Shown here piece by piece: positions 61,983 through 64,000 of a stretch of 64,000 nucleotides of DNA. The position numbers and the translations under genes were made by a program. Position 1 is the first letter of the stretch, and the number at the start of each line of letters is the position of its first letter. The notes beneath the pieces were generated by a model. It saw only the letters and a list, made by a program, of their open reading frames with translations. It did no database searches and had not been told where the DNA came from. Source of the DNA: an uncultured Beijerinckiaceae bacterium (lineage in GTDB: Bacteria > Pseudomonadota > Alphaproteobacteria > Rhizobiales > Beijerinckiaceae); assembly GCA_964235705.1 (NCBI GenBank), contig CAXSDP010000014.1:2605-66604 (forward strand). The letters run 5' to 3'.

Positions 61983-63998
61983 TCAATTGACCCAATCGAG
62001 TCGCAAACTATCCGCAGCATCCCGGCTCACGGCAATTCCAAGCGATGGTGCTATATCCTCCAAACCGCCGAGGATTTGCGCACGGGTCGAAGGTCCGACA
62101 TCAGCGAACAACTCGCGTATTTGATCTGTCACCGCCCGGCCCTCTCGTCGGATCAACGTGGCGAAGAACGAATGAGTCGAGTAACTGGGGAATAACCTTA
62201 CTAAGCGCAGCGTCGCATCCGTGCTGATGTGACGGTCCGTCCGTTCAAGGGCACGCATTGCCGTGGCCACCCAGGTCCAATCATCGCGGTCGCCGTGCAC
62301 TCCCCGTGCCGCGAAGGCTTCCAACGCTGCGACGAGCATCCCAGCTCCATCGCCGCCTACCTCCACCAACCGAGAAATAAGCAGCAGTCGCTCAGCGCTG
62401 TCTGGGAGGTTCGCAATGACTTCCGCAGCCCACTCAAAGAGAAAAGTGCGAGACGCCGACACGAAGTCCGATGCGAGGAACGGACCTCTCGCAGCAACAT
62501 GCCGCTGGTCTCCCGGTACCAAGTTCGATCTCCAGACCATCCAGGAGACAAGATCACCTACATATTCAAGTCCTTGCAGTTTGCATTTTATAGTCTGCAA
62601 GCCAAGAAGTTTATGTTCCTCAGAAAAGTAGGGAAACGATGAGCTCCAGATTTTACAGTTCTCTAAATTTAAGTTTTCAGAAAGACGGGCTAGTAGTATA
62701 GCCTCAGAGGCGGCATCTTTTAGTGACGCCGCGCACACGATCGCATCAAATAGGACCATTCTACTCTCAGCACTAATGACGAGCAGCCGTATTTCTTCGG
62801 CGAGAGCGATGCCGTTGGATGCCGCGTCATGGTGAACATCGATCAGAGCGTTGAAGATCGCCGCTCTTGGCCTCTCCGAGGCCGCGTCGCCGACGACTAT
62901 GTTGGCAAGATGCTCCTGCCACCAGTTTGTGCTCAGGTAGGCCTCCGGAAACTCCTGCCATAGTCGAACGCCGTGGCCATGCTCCTGTGCCGCGTTGTCC
63001 GCCAAAGTTTTAAGGAGAGACGAGATCTTGTTTCGACCGACCGAACTGTTCTGTCGCTCCGCGCCCCACAGGCAAGCGACCGCGATCTTTGCTGACAAAT
63101 CCCGGCGCTCCGAGATTTCAGTCCAATTAACGGCCTTCATGTTTCTGAGACGGTAAAGCGCAGAGGCAATGACCTCTTCGACTATGAAGCCTGGCTCCGA
63201 CGATCGGGCTACCAGAAGCTGGACCGCATCGGGTCCGATCATCCGGACCGCATCCATCCAAGACCGACCCCACAAGGATCGAAAATCGTGTTTCGCCAGC
63301 AAAGTCTTGAAGGCGCCCACCGCTATCTCGCGATCGCCAAGCTTCACCAAGAGGGCGCCCTGAGACACCTCGTCGCCGGTCGTCACTAGGAGGTGGACTA
63401 GCTCTGGCGTAGGTGGAAATGCGAGCCCTTCACTAAGGAGCTCAGCGATGTCCTTCTGGACCCGCCAGCTTCCCGTGCGCCAGGCGGCGAGCAATCGCGT
63501 CACGATCCTGAGCCGGAATTCCGGGGAGGCGCGCCCGCCATTCACCACAGAGCGCGCGATAACGCGCAGTGAGGTGTGGAAAAAGTCGTCAGCCGAATCG
63601 ATTTGGGCGATCAGGGCAGGTTCGGAATGTGACATTCGCTCCAAGGCAAATTGGACGGCCTGCACCCAGGGGCGACGCGCAATCTGCTTGAACCAGGCTC
63701 CGACCTCTGGCTCGCCAATCGAAAGAGCGCACCCCGCGAGATACTCCTGGACCGTCGCGATAGGAAAACCGACTCGAGCTCCGCGCCGGACTAGCAATCC
63801 GCACTGAAGCAGGTCATCAATGCAATCATCGCCAAGTGCTTGCCCAAGGCTTGCGCCCAACATGCGCCGGGCCGCATCCTCGGCTTGCGCGATCTCGTGT
63901 CGCCGCAGATCGTCGAGAGCCAAGATCTCAGCCGCCCGTCGAAGGTTTGTGAGCGATGCACGAGGCTGCGATCCAGTCTTATGTCGCTGCGGTGCAAG
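61983..63998 (-). CDS. C-terminal part of a large NACHT/STAND-like NTPase (5'-truncated by window)
   Basis: Frame open to the window edge; VGFPIATVQEYLAG resembles the NACHT-associated F-x-H-x-x-x-QEYLAA motif; helical-repeat-like remainder; AT-richer codon use. Confidence 0.6.
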   Translation of the reverse strand, partial: LAPQRHKTGSQPRASLTNLRRAAEILALDDLRRHEIAQAEDAARRMLGASLGQALGDDCIDDLLQCGLLVRRGARVGFPIATVQEYLAGCALSIGEPEVGAWFKQIARRPWVQAVQFALERMSHSEPALIAQIDSADDFFHTSLRVIARSVVNGGRASPEFRLRIVTRLLAAWRTGSWRVQKDIAELLSEGLAFPPTPELVHLLVTTGDEVSQGALLVKLGDREIAVGAFKTLLAKHDFRSLWGRSWMDAVRMIGPDAVQLLVARSSEPGFIVEEVIASALYRLRNMKAVNWTEISERRDLSAKIAVACLWGAERQNSSVGRNKISSLLKTLADNAAQEHGHGVRLWQEFPEAYLSTNWWQEHLANIVVGDAASERPRAAIFNALIDVHHDAASNGIALAEEIRLLVISAESRMVLFDAIVCAASLKDAASEAILLARLSENLNLENCKIWSSSFPYFSEEHKLLGLQTIKCKLQGLEYVGDLVSWMVWRSNLVPGDQRHVAARGPFLASDFVSASRTFLFEWAAEVIANLPDSAERLLLISRLVEVGGDGAGMLVAALEAFAARGVHGDRDDWTWVATAMRALERTDRHISTDATLRLVRLFPSYSTHSFFATLIRREGRAVTDQIRELFADVGPSTRAQILGGLEDIAPSLGIAVSRDAADSLRLDWVN

Positions 63999-64000
63999 CG

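Larger units (their letters stand above)
6516..64000. mobile_element. Prophage integrated at tRNA-Leu 3' end (lambda-like head, Mu-like contractile tail); right boundary not seen
   Basis: Phage genes start about 100 nt after the tRNA; complete packaging, head, tail and lysis modules at 22-57 kb; no second copy of the tRNA 3' end found in the window. Confidence 0.9.

Noticed and set aside
1-64000. CRISPR array or cas genes
   Set aside because: No regularly spaced 23-47 bp repeats with unique spacers; the repeats seen are coding or pairs only.

Overview
A high-GC alphaproteobacterial (Hyphomicrobiales-like, inferred from gene style and LexA boxes) window. 1-6515 is host chromosome: partial GT2 glycosyltransferase, bacteriophytochrome-HWE kinase-REC hybrid, HU, MHS-type MFS transporter, MarR regulator and tRNA-Leu(TAA). 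From 6516 to at least about 61,900, and probably beyond the window, is a prophage integrated at the tRNA 3' end. It has lambda-like packaging and head genes (Nu1/A-type terminase, gpW, lambda-type portal, protease-capsid fusion), a Mu-like contractile tail with three fibre/chaperone sets, a lysis cassette (muramidase, RlpA, spanins, holin-like proteins) and a + strand early-type operon that starts right at the att site. No tyrosine integrase, repressor or replication gene is visible, so these probably lie to the right. Between lysis and early genes is a roughly 9 kb accessory region: a LexA-boxed DprA + PRTase pair (ShosTA-like), a LexA-boxed umuDC cassette, HicAB followed by an AT-rich NDT/TIR-like gene, and a complete luxR-luxI quorum-sensing pair with a BjaI/RpaI-like (probably acyl-CoA-using) synthase followed by a small ORF and an XRE regulator. 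This prophage-borne QS circuit is the best candidate for an undescribed system. Other leads: a dense run of hairpins upstream of a mid-size serine recombinase, a tape measure with two wall-hydrolase domains, a recent 942-bp duplication in a tail fibre, and a partial NACHT-like gene at the right edge. Family assignments come from motif recognition only; no database search was run.
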